Positions 36,601-48,783 of a DNA stretch of 48,847 nucleotides are shown in pieces. Each line of letters opens with the position of its first letter. Positions within the stretch are counted from its first letter, which is position 1. The notes under the pieces are model-generated. The model ran no database searches, was not told the DNA's origin, and was given only the letters and a program-made list of their open reading frames with translations. The DNA is taken from contig JALDZX010000092.1 in assembly GCA_022813865.1 (NCBI GenBank), positions 1 through 48,847 of the forward strand, given 5' to 3'. Origin of the DNA: Xylographa opegraphella (taxonomy: Eukaryota). The position numbers and the translations under genes were made by a program.

Positions 36601-39600
36601 AAGAACTAAGTTTCCCCAGTTTCAAGAAGGGCAAAAAGAGTAAGAAAGGCCAAAAGGACCAGCTGGTCAAACCACTAGAAGAGCCAGCTTTGGCCGAACG
36701 AAGTATCGCGGATTCGTCAGTTGAAGCGTCTGCCTCTATTCCAGAAGTATTTTCCGGAAACAATCCCAAAGAAACGGCCTACGTCCCAGTCGAGTCTGCA
36801 ACGGATGAGCGGGCCATATCGACGAAGAAGCAACGAAAGAAAGGGCGAAAGAATCAGCCTGCCACGCCATTTGAGGAGCTCTCATCGACCGATCGTGGTT
36901 TCGAAGAGCTACTTGACGAAACTTCTGCTTCTCTTGACGACAAGGTTTTACCAAACGTATACCAAAAAGCCTCAGCTACCACAGATGAGCAAGCTACAGA
37001 CAAATGGGCCACATCGTTCAAAAATAATGGGAAGAAAGCTAAAAAGAGTCAGACCATCACACCGTCAGAAGATCTTTCGCCCACCGAACGAACTCTTATG
37101 GGAACACCAGATGAATATCCAATTTTGGCACAAGAGTCAATATTTAATGCAGATTCTGAAGAAACCGATACTAAAGATGCATTAGCTATAGATGAATGGG
37201 CGATAACCTCAAAGCAAAAGGGAAAGAAAAGCAAAAGCAAAAGCAAAAGCAAAAGCAAGAACGGTTCATCCAAGAAAGCTGATCTTAATCGTGACGACCA
37301 AAACAACGTCAAGGACATTGTTGATGTTAGGGATCTCGAAAACGTTAACCAGCGAATTCTCGAGACTTCAAGCGAACCGGCTACAAAGCGCACAGACTCC
37401 GAGGACCAGGGAAAACCTGCAGAGCATCATGAGGACTATCCGATATTTGCTGCTGAGTTATCATTGGCAACAACCGATACAGCTAAGCAAGTGAGTTACA
37501 TGCTCAGCTCTGCGAAGGACCCTGATTCACGAGATATTCTTCGAGGATCACCAGACTCAGAGGCCCAAACAGCGTCTAATGCGATTGGGCAAGAACATGA
37601 GAGTAGTGATGTCGAAAACGGTAGTGAGGAGTCGAAGAACACGACAACCTCAATAGCCGGCTCTCGTGCAACAACTGATCTAGCAGAACACGAAAAGCGT
37701 GAGAAAAGTCATCAGATTGCTACCACTGACACTGCTGCTGAAGTTCGTAATATGCTCGCAAGCACGGATGATCTCGAAGTGATCGCGCCTACCCAAAAGG
37801 AGGATCAGCTTAGTGACACGGAGTTTCAGGGCTTTGCGACGAAAAAGAAAGGTAAGAAAAGCAAGAAAACGGCAACATCCAGACTTCCAGACCCTATGCC
37901 ACCAAGCGACATCGCGCCAACCACGATTCCATTTATCAATGATGCCTCTGTGGAAGGTATCACCAGAGAAGCCGAGTCGATCGACACATTCAGCATTCCT
38001 AAAACAAAGAAGGATAAGAAGAGTAAGCGAAAAGCTATAGCTAGGTCTGCCAGCGATTACCAAGATACTGCCGAGTCAACTGGCCTGGTCAATGACAGTG
38101 CTGTAACTCCAAAGTCGGTATCTGACATACCAGTCGCGAGACTAGACCAGGATTCATTGATTGATGAGGCTGCAAGCGTTGAACTGCCGAGTCAGAAAGC
38201 TGATGAGCTCGTAGAAGATGGTATACTTGGAAAAGAATCGATTCTTTTGCCCTCAGAAGCTGCCGTCCACTGTTCTGGTACTCCATCAATTGAGGAGGTC
38301 TCGAACATTGCCTTACCCACCGAAGAGACGGAGGATCTACAAGAACGAGAAGAGAACTCCGGAGAAAGTCATCTTTTAGAACCTGACCCTGACTACAAGG
38401 AACAGAAAAGTGAATCCAAAGGCTTCTCCGAATCTTCGCCCACAAAAGGATCAGATACTGATATATTGATGGAAGCAGTACGATTGTCTTTGCCTGAAGA
38501 TCTCCAGAATGACTTTATTGAGAGTTCAAAGCTCAATGGAGAGTCGGTTTCTCCAGTTAAGGAGTATCTCCCCTATGTTACGGAATCCAGTGGTACAGTT
38601 CGGACCCAGCCAGATGCCAAAGATCCCATGCAACCACTGGACCGAGGAATTAATGTCGCCAGTAGCATATCAGATATTCAATCCCCTGTCGCTTTACGTA
38701 CAGAAGTGGGTGCTGAAGCTGTTGGCCAAGACATATACAATAACAAATCAATGGTTCCAGAAAACTTGGGCCAAGAGGAAAAACATGATAATGTCAGGCT
38801 TACTTCAGAGCACTCCCGATCGGAGCCAGAAAATATGCCCGCAGAGCACATAGAAGTACCGCTCACTTCAGCCGATGCGGAATTTAGCCCACCGGAAGAT
38901 AACTTCGACGTTCAGTCCACGTCAGAATCCTTTGCAGGTCAACCACCAAAGCTAGCTCCGTCTTCTCCCGAGGCAGTAGATTCGTTACATGCATTGGTGG
39001 AACAGAATGACCGAGTAATCGATGATGACGACCTCCTTCGATCCAACAACACGTTATATAACACGGAAAAGACGATGTCTTCGACCTCCGATTTGACCGA
39101 AGAGCGTGCGACTGGATCTGTTCTGGCAAACTTGACAGAAGAACGTGTTCAACCAAACTCGACATCCGGAGAGTCACAACCGAATCTCTCCGCGGAACCC
39201 GAATCCATTACTTATATGAGCGACGAAGGTTTGTCTACTTCGAAGAACGGCAAAAAGGATAAGAAAAAGGAGAAATCGTCATTCCAAAGATGGGAAGATG
39301 AACCAGCGGAGCAGGCAATTGAAGAGCCGCTGGCCGAAGCATCTGCTCGACAGGATTTAATCCCGAGAGACGTTGTAGATTCTAGCCGACCAGAATTGGA
39401 ACCGATGATGACGACTGAAGACGACAGCTCCTCTCTCTCCAAGAAAAGCAAGAAAGGTAAAAGAAATAAGAAGGCTTCGACACTAGTTTATACTAGAGAA
39501 CCTTCGCCAATGCCAGGAATAACTCGGGAGCTTGGTACCACCCCAGCATACGATTCCGTGGAGATTGCAGCAGAAGATTCTGAATTGCCGTCTCGTTTGA

Positions 39601-42600
39601 CCGCCAAGGAACAACCAACCGATACTGGCGAAGCTGATATGTTCGACCCGCCAAAAGGCAAGAAGGGCAAGAAGAAGTCAAAGAAGTCGCATACTCTTGA
39701 TTGGGCCGACGAATCTGCGAATATAGCAGTTCCTTCCGAGGTAGACGCTAGTACATCGGCCATTGACACAGTGGAAGCTTTACCAACAAAAAGTGAAGCA
39801 CTGCCTGATTTGACCACTGAAGAACAAATCGTCACTACTAATGATGACGATCTTCTCAACCTACCGAAAGGCAAAAAGAGTAAGAAGAAATCAAAGCAAT
39901 CTCGAGCTCCAGACTGGCTCGACGAGTCAGCGGCCTCGCCGGCGCTCATTGATCCGGACAATGCTATACCGTTAAGCACTGTTGAGGCCTCGTCCATCAA
40001 CCGTGGTGAGCCGCATGCAATGACTGCTGAGGAACAACCGATCATCACGGCTGATGTAGGTGATTCATTCGAAACCCCAAAAGGCAAGAAAGGCAAGAAG
40101 AAGTCAAAGAAATTGCAAGCTATTGATTGGGACAACATGCCTACTGACGAAGCAACTCCGACTGATTCTACACTCGGAGACGACGTCACTCCACTGGATA
40201 TTCTTCCAACACCGCAGATGAGCCGGATAATAAGTCAATCCCCGGTGGATGAGCCGGAGTCTGAGTCTTTTAGCCTGAAAAAGGACAAGAAGGACAAGAA
40301 TAAGGGGACGAAAGGAACAGACTTTGCATGGAACGAGGAGCCAGCCCCAGAATCTAATCAATTCGGGGACGATACCGCAGCAAAAGAACTATCTGAAATT
40401 CCACTGGACAGAGATGTTGTGCAACAGGAGATCGAAGAAGCAAACCCGCGCGAATCAAATGAAAACGAAACAGGCGAAGCTCTCGACACTTCTGAAAGGT
40501 CAATAGGCTCACCAACGAAGCCTCCAAGGAATGATGCTGACGAGAGTACTTTAACATGGAGCGACAAAAACATTGATCAAGAAGTCTACCCTGCTTTCGG
40601 CCTTGAAGAAGGCTTAGTTCAGGAGCCAGATCCTATCCGTGTATCGAGTCCTGTTGGAGCGCTAGAAGATATCGTTGAGCAAACAGCTGTTTATGAACCA
40701 CGAGATGGTCATACATTACATGACATTAATGAGCGACAAGAGGATCTCCAGCAGGAAGCTGCTCGCAAATCAGGAAATAGTCAGGAAGCGCAGAGCATTG
40801 GTATTGATCGTGATCAAGGAGCATTTCATGAAGCAGCAGCCAGGTTTGAGACAAGGGAAGTACTTGAGCATACAACTGCCAATCAAAGTGCACCTCAACA
40901 AGGAGTTTCGGATGAGCCAGAAAGCGCTCCAGACTCAACGTACGTCAAAGATCGAGAGCCACCTGTTCGAAGACAACCATTCGACATACCGCCAGAGCCC
41001 TTACCCGAGCCAGAAAAACATCGAGAGTCAGAACCAGAGATGGCAGATTCGCCAGATATAGTCGAGCCACAAGAAGACGGACTATTCTTGCCCTTTCAAA
41101 CCAAAAAGAAGGGAAAGAAGGGTAAGGGATCCAGACAAGCAACACCATCAAATTCCGAAACTCAAGAAGAGTCAGCACCGTTGGTAGATCAGGGAGCTCT
41201 CTTCATACCTGGAGACATTGGCCTTGATCATAAGCATGACGAAACACAGCCTGGTCAATTTCTGGAAAAAACTCTCAAAGAAGCTGTCGATGAAGAAAAT
41301 GATCCAAATGTGGCTGGTCTATCACTCTCTTCCGAGCCTGAAGGACGTACAGATATGCTCGAGCCTAATAAGACTGAAATACCTATAGCCGATGGTGACT
41401 TTTCCAGCTTCACAATGAAGAAGAAAAACAAGAAAGGGAAGAAATCTCAACGAGCAGCAGATCCACTCTTGGAAGAACCCCTCATTCAAACTGGCGATTC
41501 TCTTGATCAAGGAGTAGCGCAGCCCGTTGCCGAAGAGCGTAAACGAAATTCCGTCGAAATATCTTCTCATGTACCAGACCGAACGGCAGACTCATTTGGG
41601 GTGTCTACAGAGGATACTCCGGTCACAGAGGACGATTTCGCAGGTTTTGCAACTAAGAAGAAGGGCAAGAAGGGAAAGAAGGCCAAGCAGTCAGAAGTTT
41701 CAGTCCACAAAGAGCCTGATACGGAAAAGCAAGCCCAGGAGCCACTTCTTTCCGAACAATATGGAGAAGTATTCCAAGGACTACCGGTCTCTACGGTAGA
41801 ACGAGCTGATTTATCGCCGCCCAGCTTTCAAAACGACTCTCTTCAGGATGACAGTTTTGTAGGCTTTGGTACGAAGAAAAAGAAGGGAAAGAAGTCAAAA
41901 CAAAGTGCGAACCTAGCCTTTGAGGAGCCTGCATCAGAAACGGCAGTTACGGACCCAGAGCTTATGGAGGAGGGTCGAGAAGTAGTGAAAGGCTCTGCTA
42001 ATTATAAAAAAGGAACGAATCCAGATATGCTTGACTCCAGAACACAAAACGAGTCAGCTGTAGATGATGAGTTCTGGGGGTTCGCGACAAAGAAGGGCAA
42101 GAAAGGCAAGAAGGGCAAGCAATCGTCACAAACGTCTTACAACACCTTTGAGGAGCCTCCCACGATCTCCGAGCAGTTGCAGGTTCCAATTACTACCACC
42201 GAGGAAGCTTTGCCAGAAGTTCTGGAGCAATCCACAACTGTAGATGAGCTCCCTAGTGTAACAGAAGGCGTCTCCATGCCCCTCATATCTACTCTCTCCA
42301 GTCAACAAGAAGATGGCTCGTCTGACCTGAGAATGATAGAAAGAAAACCGAGCAAGGAAGGCAATGAGCAATCTGTCATATTAGTGGATGAAAATACGAG
42401 GTACAAGACCGATGAGTCTGCACAACATCAGGACGACTATACGGACGATGAACTAACAAAACGCTTTGGAACAACGGAAACTCCCATCTCGTATGTCAAA
42501 CCGGACGTCAATCAGCCGACCTATCTTGAAGAAGATGACCAACGAGTAGCCATCTCAACAGATGACTCCGCTTTTAGACAAGCTAGCGACTTTTCTTCCA

Positions 42601-45600
42601 GGGGATTGAGGGTGGAAGAGTCTAACGTACCAGAAATGGAGGAAACCCCCCGGGAGCAAGTATTTGGAGAACATGGGCTTCAGATACTACCGACGCCCGA
42701 TACAGCACAACCTTCAGACACTTCGAATTTTGAAGCAGCTTCTCAAGGACCTTTGCAAGGTGATGTGCCTATTCCAGATCATCTCGCTAAGTCTCATGAA
42801 GGGGAAGATTTTGCTCATCCAGACCCATCAAATAAAGAGCAAACCGACAACAACTTTGAAATTCCGACACGAAAGAAGTCAAAGAAGAGCAAGAAGGGTC
42901 GTGGGGAATCATCCATTGCCGAGGAAAGCTTTCCGACGTCAAGACCACTTTCTACCACGTATCAGCCAGCAGTGGCTATTGAAATTGCGGTCAATCCAAT
43001 CGCCTCACTTCCAGAGCCACTCGTGAAGGACACAGGCCGACAGAATCAAATGGAGCAAGAAGGCAGAGCTGCAGCCACAGAAGAAGGCTCTCTAGTATAC
43101 ACACGAAGCCTTCAGAGAGAGCCCAGTATTCGGGAAGATTTACTGCATAGACAAACTGAAGAGTCGCACCAAGAATCTGCCGCTTTGAACCCAGATGCCG
43201 AAGTGGTTTGGGATCTACCGACGACAAAGAAAGGCAAGAAGGGCAAGAAGTCCAAAAAGCAATTCCTTGACTTGGAACCGACTTCATCAACTATTGATGT
43301 GCGGCGAGACCAGAGGATCTCGGATGGGGAACGCAACTTGACTGAGCTGGCTGACGGTAAGATGAGTTCTCAGAATGATTCGTCCACGAAAGACGTCCTA
43401 TTATCAAAATCTCAAGATACAAAGGAACACAAGATAGCGCAAGAGTACAGCGCGTCAGGTGAACTGGAACGTACTACCGAGCTGCGCGAGTCGACAAAAG
43501 CTGTAGAGCCCTCAGTAACGGCCACTGCCGTCGGTGCTGGCATAGCGCTTTTTGAGGATCTTGCACGAAGAGAGTCCATAGCGGCGAGCAAGAAGGAAAA
43601 GAAAGAGAAGAAGAGGAGTGATCAGTATACAGACGGGAAAAACGAAACGCAACGAGAATCTGCGTTGGAGCAGTCATCGGGTTTGCCCGATGCTGCGGAG
43701 TATAAGGAATCACTCGACAGATCAGCTCTCAGTGAGGGTCAAAATAGGGCTCTATATTCTCAATACGACGCAATCAGAAATAGAGACAGTGCTATTCAGA
43801 TAGCAGAATCACCAATCCCTGGTGCGAAATCCCCACTTCACTATAGCATACGGGATAGCGGCTATCAAGGTACCGACGCAAGTCCCACTCTTCGGGAAGT
43901 TCTTGCACTACCGCGACAAAATAGATTCTCACACGAATCTATTTCACAAGAAGCAGAGCACGATCTTTCACCTGTTTACGACTATGACACCAATACTAAT
44001 GACCAAGGCCATCGGGCGGCCACTCATTTCCACGAGAACTCGAACTCTCACAATCCACTGAATATCTCTATCGAAGTTGACCCTGCGTACGATGTGTCGA
44101 TCTCAAGACCAGTGCAAGAGCAAGAAGCTGGAGAAGAGACTTTTCAAGGCCGAAGCCGTGAAACCGAAATTGAGCTGCCAGCATCATATTCCGACCGTCA
44201 TGAGCAACATGATCTCTCCAATACTGCATCACCTATAAAACATGTCGATGATCGACAACCGTCTCCTGTAGACTCGACGACCCGAGATCGATCGTCTGTC
44301 CTGTTTCAATCCTCGCCATCAACAAGAGAAGACAATATGCACACCGAGCCGCTTACCGAACTTATTAGAAACCCTGAAAATACACAGCATCTAGACGAGA
44401 TAGTCAGATCTCCGAGGACACCCGAAGAGCCGGAGACTTCAGTAGCACGTGAGATGGAAGGCACAAAGGCGCCACAGGCTTCTCTATTTGGTGGCCCAAT
44501 CGGCGTTAATAGTGATTCGCACACCATGATATCTCCTCCTGGAACGCCGGACAGCTCAAGGCGACGACAGCTCGATAGCATGAGCGACGCCGGCTTCGAC
44601 GATTCGCCTTTGCAGGAGAAATCGCGAAGGATCTCGGATCGTGGTATGCCAGAGACAAGCCTCGGTGAAACGCAGCGATCTGTTGCATTGCAACGGCATT
44701 CTAAACAACGAGTACGCTCGCCTTTGGGTGACTACGCGGAAGACAAAGAACCTGTTTCCACCGACAAAATCATCTCGCGCCTCTCCTGGCCGACAGCCGA
44801 GGAGGAGAATCATTCGGTTGATAGACTTGATCGTACCAAGAGTCGCAACAGCAATCCTGCTCAGCGCTCATCAAGTCGTCATAGTCCATTGCCAGCTCTT
44901 GCCATTGATATGGCGAAGCAGCGTGAGCCCGACTTCCGATCGTTAAGTGGTGCCAGTATACGCTCGGGTGAGAGTATCAGCGCGTACATCCGATCACCGG
45001 AGATCCAATCGCCCGCCACGCCGCCTTTGCGCCGAGTGGACCGAAGCGTTAGCGGTGATTTGCGCGCAGCCAATAAACGTGGTGGCGCTAACTCGCTCGT
45101 TAAGTCAACCGAAAGCGAGCTGGACACCGAACCTGGTTTTGCTTCTTCTTCTACTTATGATCCCGTCCGAGATAAAGGCAAGGAGCGCATCACAAAGATG
45201 ACTGACGTTTACGTAAGTCGTGAATCCCATGAATAAAGAAATAAACAAATCGCTAACCTTGACGTCTTGTCGCAGGAGGGTTGGGGTGATGTTCATGGCT
45301 CCGCACGATCGCCAACGCGCCCGCCAAGTATGCGCAAACGCCAAAGTATGCAGCTCTTAGACTTAGAAACTAGGATCGATCAACTCGTCTCCGAAAATCG
45401 ACTGCTGCAAGATGCGAAAGCCAGAGCTGATCGACAGCTCGGCGATGCAGTAGAAGACCACAGCCAGCAAAAAAGCGCGTTTGATGATGCCATCCGGACA
45501 CGTGATCTCTATGTCCACCAGAAGAATTCTGAACTCAGCCAGCTACGAGAAATCCTGGATAGCCTGCAAAGTGAGGTGTCGCATCTACGTGAAGTCAATG

Positions 45601-46874
45601 AAAGCTTGTCGGGGTCTACGAAGGAACTGACCTCAGATCATGAACAGAGGTATGGTCGACTTGAGGACGACCATGCCGACATTCATCAAAAATGGCAAGA
45701 ATCAACTCGAGAATTGGAAGATCTGAAAGAGCAACATACGTCTTTATCAGCCGGCATGGAGGGAATTGTCCGTCACGAAGTTGATCTTGCTTTGGCGAGC
45801 AAGGACGCAGAGTTGCGGCAAATGCGAAATGAGCTCGAGGATGCCAAGGATCAAGTTCGACGGTTACAGAAACAAATTTTGGCTTCACGATCCAGTGACG
45901 ATATTATCGTAGCTAGGGATGAGGACTATTTCGATAGTCAGTGCCAGCAGTTGTGCCAACACGTTCAGCAATGGGTGTTGAGGTTCTCCAAATTTTCCGA
46001 TATGAAGGCTTGCCTTTCCATCGACGCGGTAGCCGACGAGAAGATATCCGACCGCTTCGACAACGCCATTCTCGACGGCTCGGATGTCGACATATACCTC
46101 GCCGACCGGATCAAGAGACGCGACGTCTTCATGTCCGTTGTGATGACCATGGTCTGGGAGTACATTTTCCAGCGCTACCTCTTCGGCCTCGACCGTGAGC
46201 AACGGCAGAAGCTCAAGTCACTCGAGAAAACCTTATTAGAAGTCGGTCCCCCTCGCGCGGTCAACAAATGGCGCGCCACCACCCTCACCATGCTCACCCG
46301 GCGGACCTCCTTCCTCACCCAGCGGCAGCAAGACACCGAAGCCGTCGTGCGGGAGATCTTCGATACGCTCGCCGTCCTGCTCCCCCCACCGAGCCACCTC
46401 GTCGGCCAGATCACTGACTCACTCCGCAAAGTCATGAGTGCCGCCGTCGACCTTGCGATCGAGATGCGCTGCCAGCTCTGCGAGTACATCATGCCGCCAC
46501 CACTGCAGCCCGAGTACGACACACACGGCGACCTTGCGCGTCAGATCTTCTTCAACTCTGCGCTCATGAATGAACGTAGTGGCGCCACGATATCGAATGA
46601 AGAGCTCGGCGCTCAAGGCGCCGTCGTCCGTCTCGTGCTCTTCCCGCTCGTGCTCAAGAAGGGCGACGACGATGGCGAGGGCGACGAGGAGATCGTCGTC
46701 TGCCCCGCGCAGGTGCTCGTCGCGAGGGAGAGCGAGCCGCGCGCAGGCGGCAAGAAGACCGTCCGGGTCGTGAGTGCGCAGAGCCAGCGCGCGGAGGCGA
46801 TGAGTCTGGCAGGGCAGAGCGTGCAGAGCTTTGCGCCCAGCAGCATGGATGCAGGGATGGGAGGCAGGTTCTAA
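27650..46874 (+). CDS. lah: Giant leashin-like Woronin-body tether protein (often annotated 'involucrin repeat protein'), about 6,371 aa; exons 27650-33490, 33537-45212, 45276-46874
   Basis: Three ORFs (1960, 3896 and 535 aa) are joined in phase 0 by introns 33491-33536 (GTAGAT...CTAAT...TAG) and 45213-45275 (GTAAGT...GCTAAC...CAG). The architecture is a conserved-looking N-terminal block (GPLSKLVDFFRDPEGVAQFEEYSEYIGVCRYCF), a huge acidic disordered middle punctuated by poly-Lys motifs, and a C-terminal coiled coil plus globular domain. This matches described Aspergillus Lah proteins. Confidence 0.85.
35721..35978 (+). repeat. Two near-identical 78-nt coding repeats (35721-35798, 35901-35978) encoding ALPADDDLDLLPALP.DSPLSE
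   Basis: ttgcgctaccagcagaYgatgatctagaYctgcttccYgctttgcc occurs twice, exactly 180 nt apart. Confidence 0.92.
37227..37256 (+). repeat. (AAAAGC)5 coding microsatellite encoding KSKSKSKSKS
   Basis: Five perfect hexamer copies read directly from the sequence. Confidence 0.95.
39600..40135 (+). repeat. Three degenerate 213-nt (71-aa) tandem repeats within the leashin-like gene
   Basis: The motif T.(K/E)EQ......PKGKK(G/S)KKKSK.....DW.D recurs, with the PKGKK codons starting at 39651, 39864 and 40077. Confidence 0.85.
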
Positions 46875-47831
46875 GATGCGGACGGGCAATTTCCGCAAAT
46901 TAGGAGACGGGGAGTGCGGTGCTGTATTTAATGCGTCCGGGCGTTAACGGTGCGGGCTGAGGGTCGTTCGTTGGATCTATGACTGCTATGGGTCGATGAT
47001 CAATATCTCGTTGGTTTCTTCCCAGGCTGGGAGTGAATGCATTTAGCGCTGGCGATTGTGGTACTGCTTGGGTGCATGGTTGCGAGCGTGGCGTTCATAT
47101 CTCAATTTACGTAGCTACCTAAGGAGCTTGTATGCACCATATTTTCACCTTGTTACGGTGGAGTGCTATGTGTGTGTGATCATACGAGAGTAGTATTTCC
47201 CCTTCGTTATCTGTCCGCAACATGGCTAGCTTGCCTGCCAATCCTAAGTACCTTACCTTAGGTACCTTACATAAACTTTGAATTATGCACGTATTAAGTT
47301 TTGGCGCTAGTGATCCCCAGCTATCCAACATTGCTTCAACGCTGAAGTTGATCATACTATTACCTATCGACTGCGAGGCAAACTTTCAGACGGTGCATTC
47401 ACGTGCCCCATGAATTAACTGAACAAATCAATATTCTTCATACTACGATATGTCTACTCGCTCAGCTTTAACACAATGAATGAGCTAGGTTCAGCGTAGA
47501 GTTGCTGCACTGAGACGTTACGCCAATTGGTTAACCTGAAGCCGGAGATACTGCGAGGGAAGCATAAAGCAAGAATTACAAGCACAGCCGCAAGAAGTTT
47601 ACTTCGGGCAATGAGATCTCCGCGTCCAGAGCAAGGAGGACGAGACAGTGAGTTGTAATGTTATAAGTATTATGCACATGGCAAGGAGGAGGAAGACTAG
47701 GGTTGGAGCCCGCGTGTTTACAATCAGCTATGCTAAGACGAATTCAAGAGAACACTGATGTTCTCTGTCTGATAAATTGTTCTTTCATTTTCTGCTACTA
47801 CATTGCATCTATTTATGATGAGACGGTGAAG

Positions 47832-48242
47832 TTAACGTGGAAGAGCCCAGTCGGGGGGTTGATACCCGGGAAGGGAGCCGGGGTCAGCTTGAATCCGTTT
47901 GTGGAAGTTCGTTCTAAGTTCGGCGGAATCGGTCTTGTATGCAGACGATGCCCTCCACTGCTGGGCCTTCTCCAGCGAATCACAGCCATTTTGGCTGCGG
48001 GAGAACTCACCAGGCTGCTGGATGCCCCTCGAGGTCTGGATGGCTGCATGCTGTTAGACTATGCGTTCACACACCGGAGAGATTATCTCACTGTGGGCAG
48101 TCACCACGGCAATCGTCTTCCCGGGGCTGACGGCGGACTTGTCAAGTTTTGCCACCTGCTGGATGATATCCGGCTGGCCGAGTTTGCTGCCATCGTTTAC
48201 CTTGGCGATGATCAGCTCGGAAGTGGGCAGAGAAGGATCCAT
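47832..48242 (-). CDS. Small hypothetical protein (about 120 aa), 2 exons (48242-48092, 48043-47832)
   Basis: ATG at 48242 (MDPSLPTSELIIAKVNDG..). The in-frame TAA at 48056-48054 lies inside a 48-nt GTGAGA...CTAAC...CAG intron (48091-48044), and removing it continues the frame to ..HKRIQADPGSLPGYQPPDWALPR*. Confidence 0.5.
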
Positions 48243-48783
48243 GATTGGCGATATCAGTGTGTCGGATCGAAGTATAGCAAGACAGATGACTACGAAGTAT
48301 GTCAGCAAGAAATTAGTCAGGAATTCTGGTCCGGCGTCTCGGGCTATTGGGAGATAACGAAGGCACTCTCTGGTCAGTTTACATATCCTCCAAGTGAGTT
48401 ATGAGAGCGGGCGAGTCCACTGACACGCCGCACGGTGGCCGATTGTGAAAGTGGATTTTGAAATACATGACTCGGAACTTTAGAGGATCCTTCGTACGCA
48501 ACTCAAGTAGACTGGATTATATAACTTGACGGTAACCCAAGCTGCCATGCGTTCCTTCCAATCTGGACCTCGCACATCTTCTTCCTTTTGACGCACGCGG
48601 CCAGCTGCGCATCGAAACCGTGTACTGGCGCCCTAGGCTTTGTGTACCAATCGTTCACCACCTACACACTATACCACACAATGCCAGAACGTGCAAACCC
48701 AGGGAACAAGTCCTTCGGGCGTTATACCTAAAGCCGCACCGAGCCTTCCACCATGGTGCATCCTCGAACAATAATAAGGCCCC

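Noticed and set aside
33546..45236. 3,896-aa ORF as an independent giant gene or mobile element
   Set aside because: It begins at TTG, is flanked by canonical introns that join it in frame to its neighbours, and shows no transposase, RT or integrase motifs.
47703..48404. 233-aa plus-strand ORF
   Set aside because: It starts at TTG and lies antisense to the better-supported minus-strand spliced frame; no motifs recognised.
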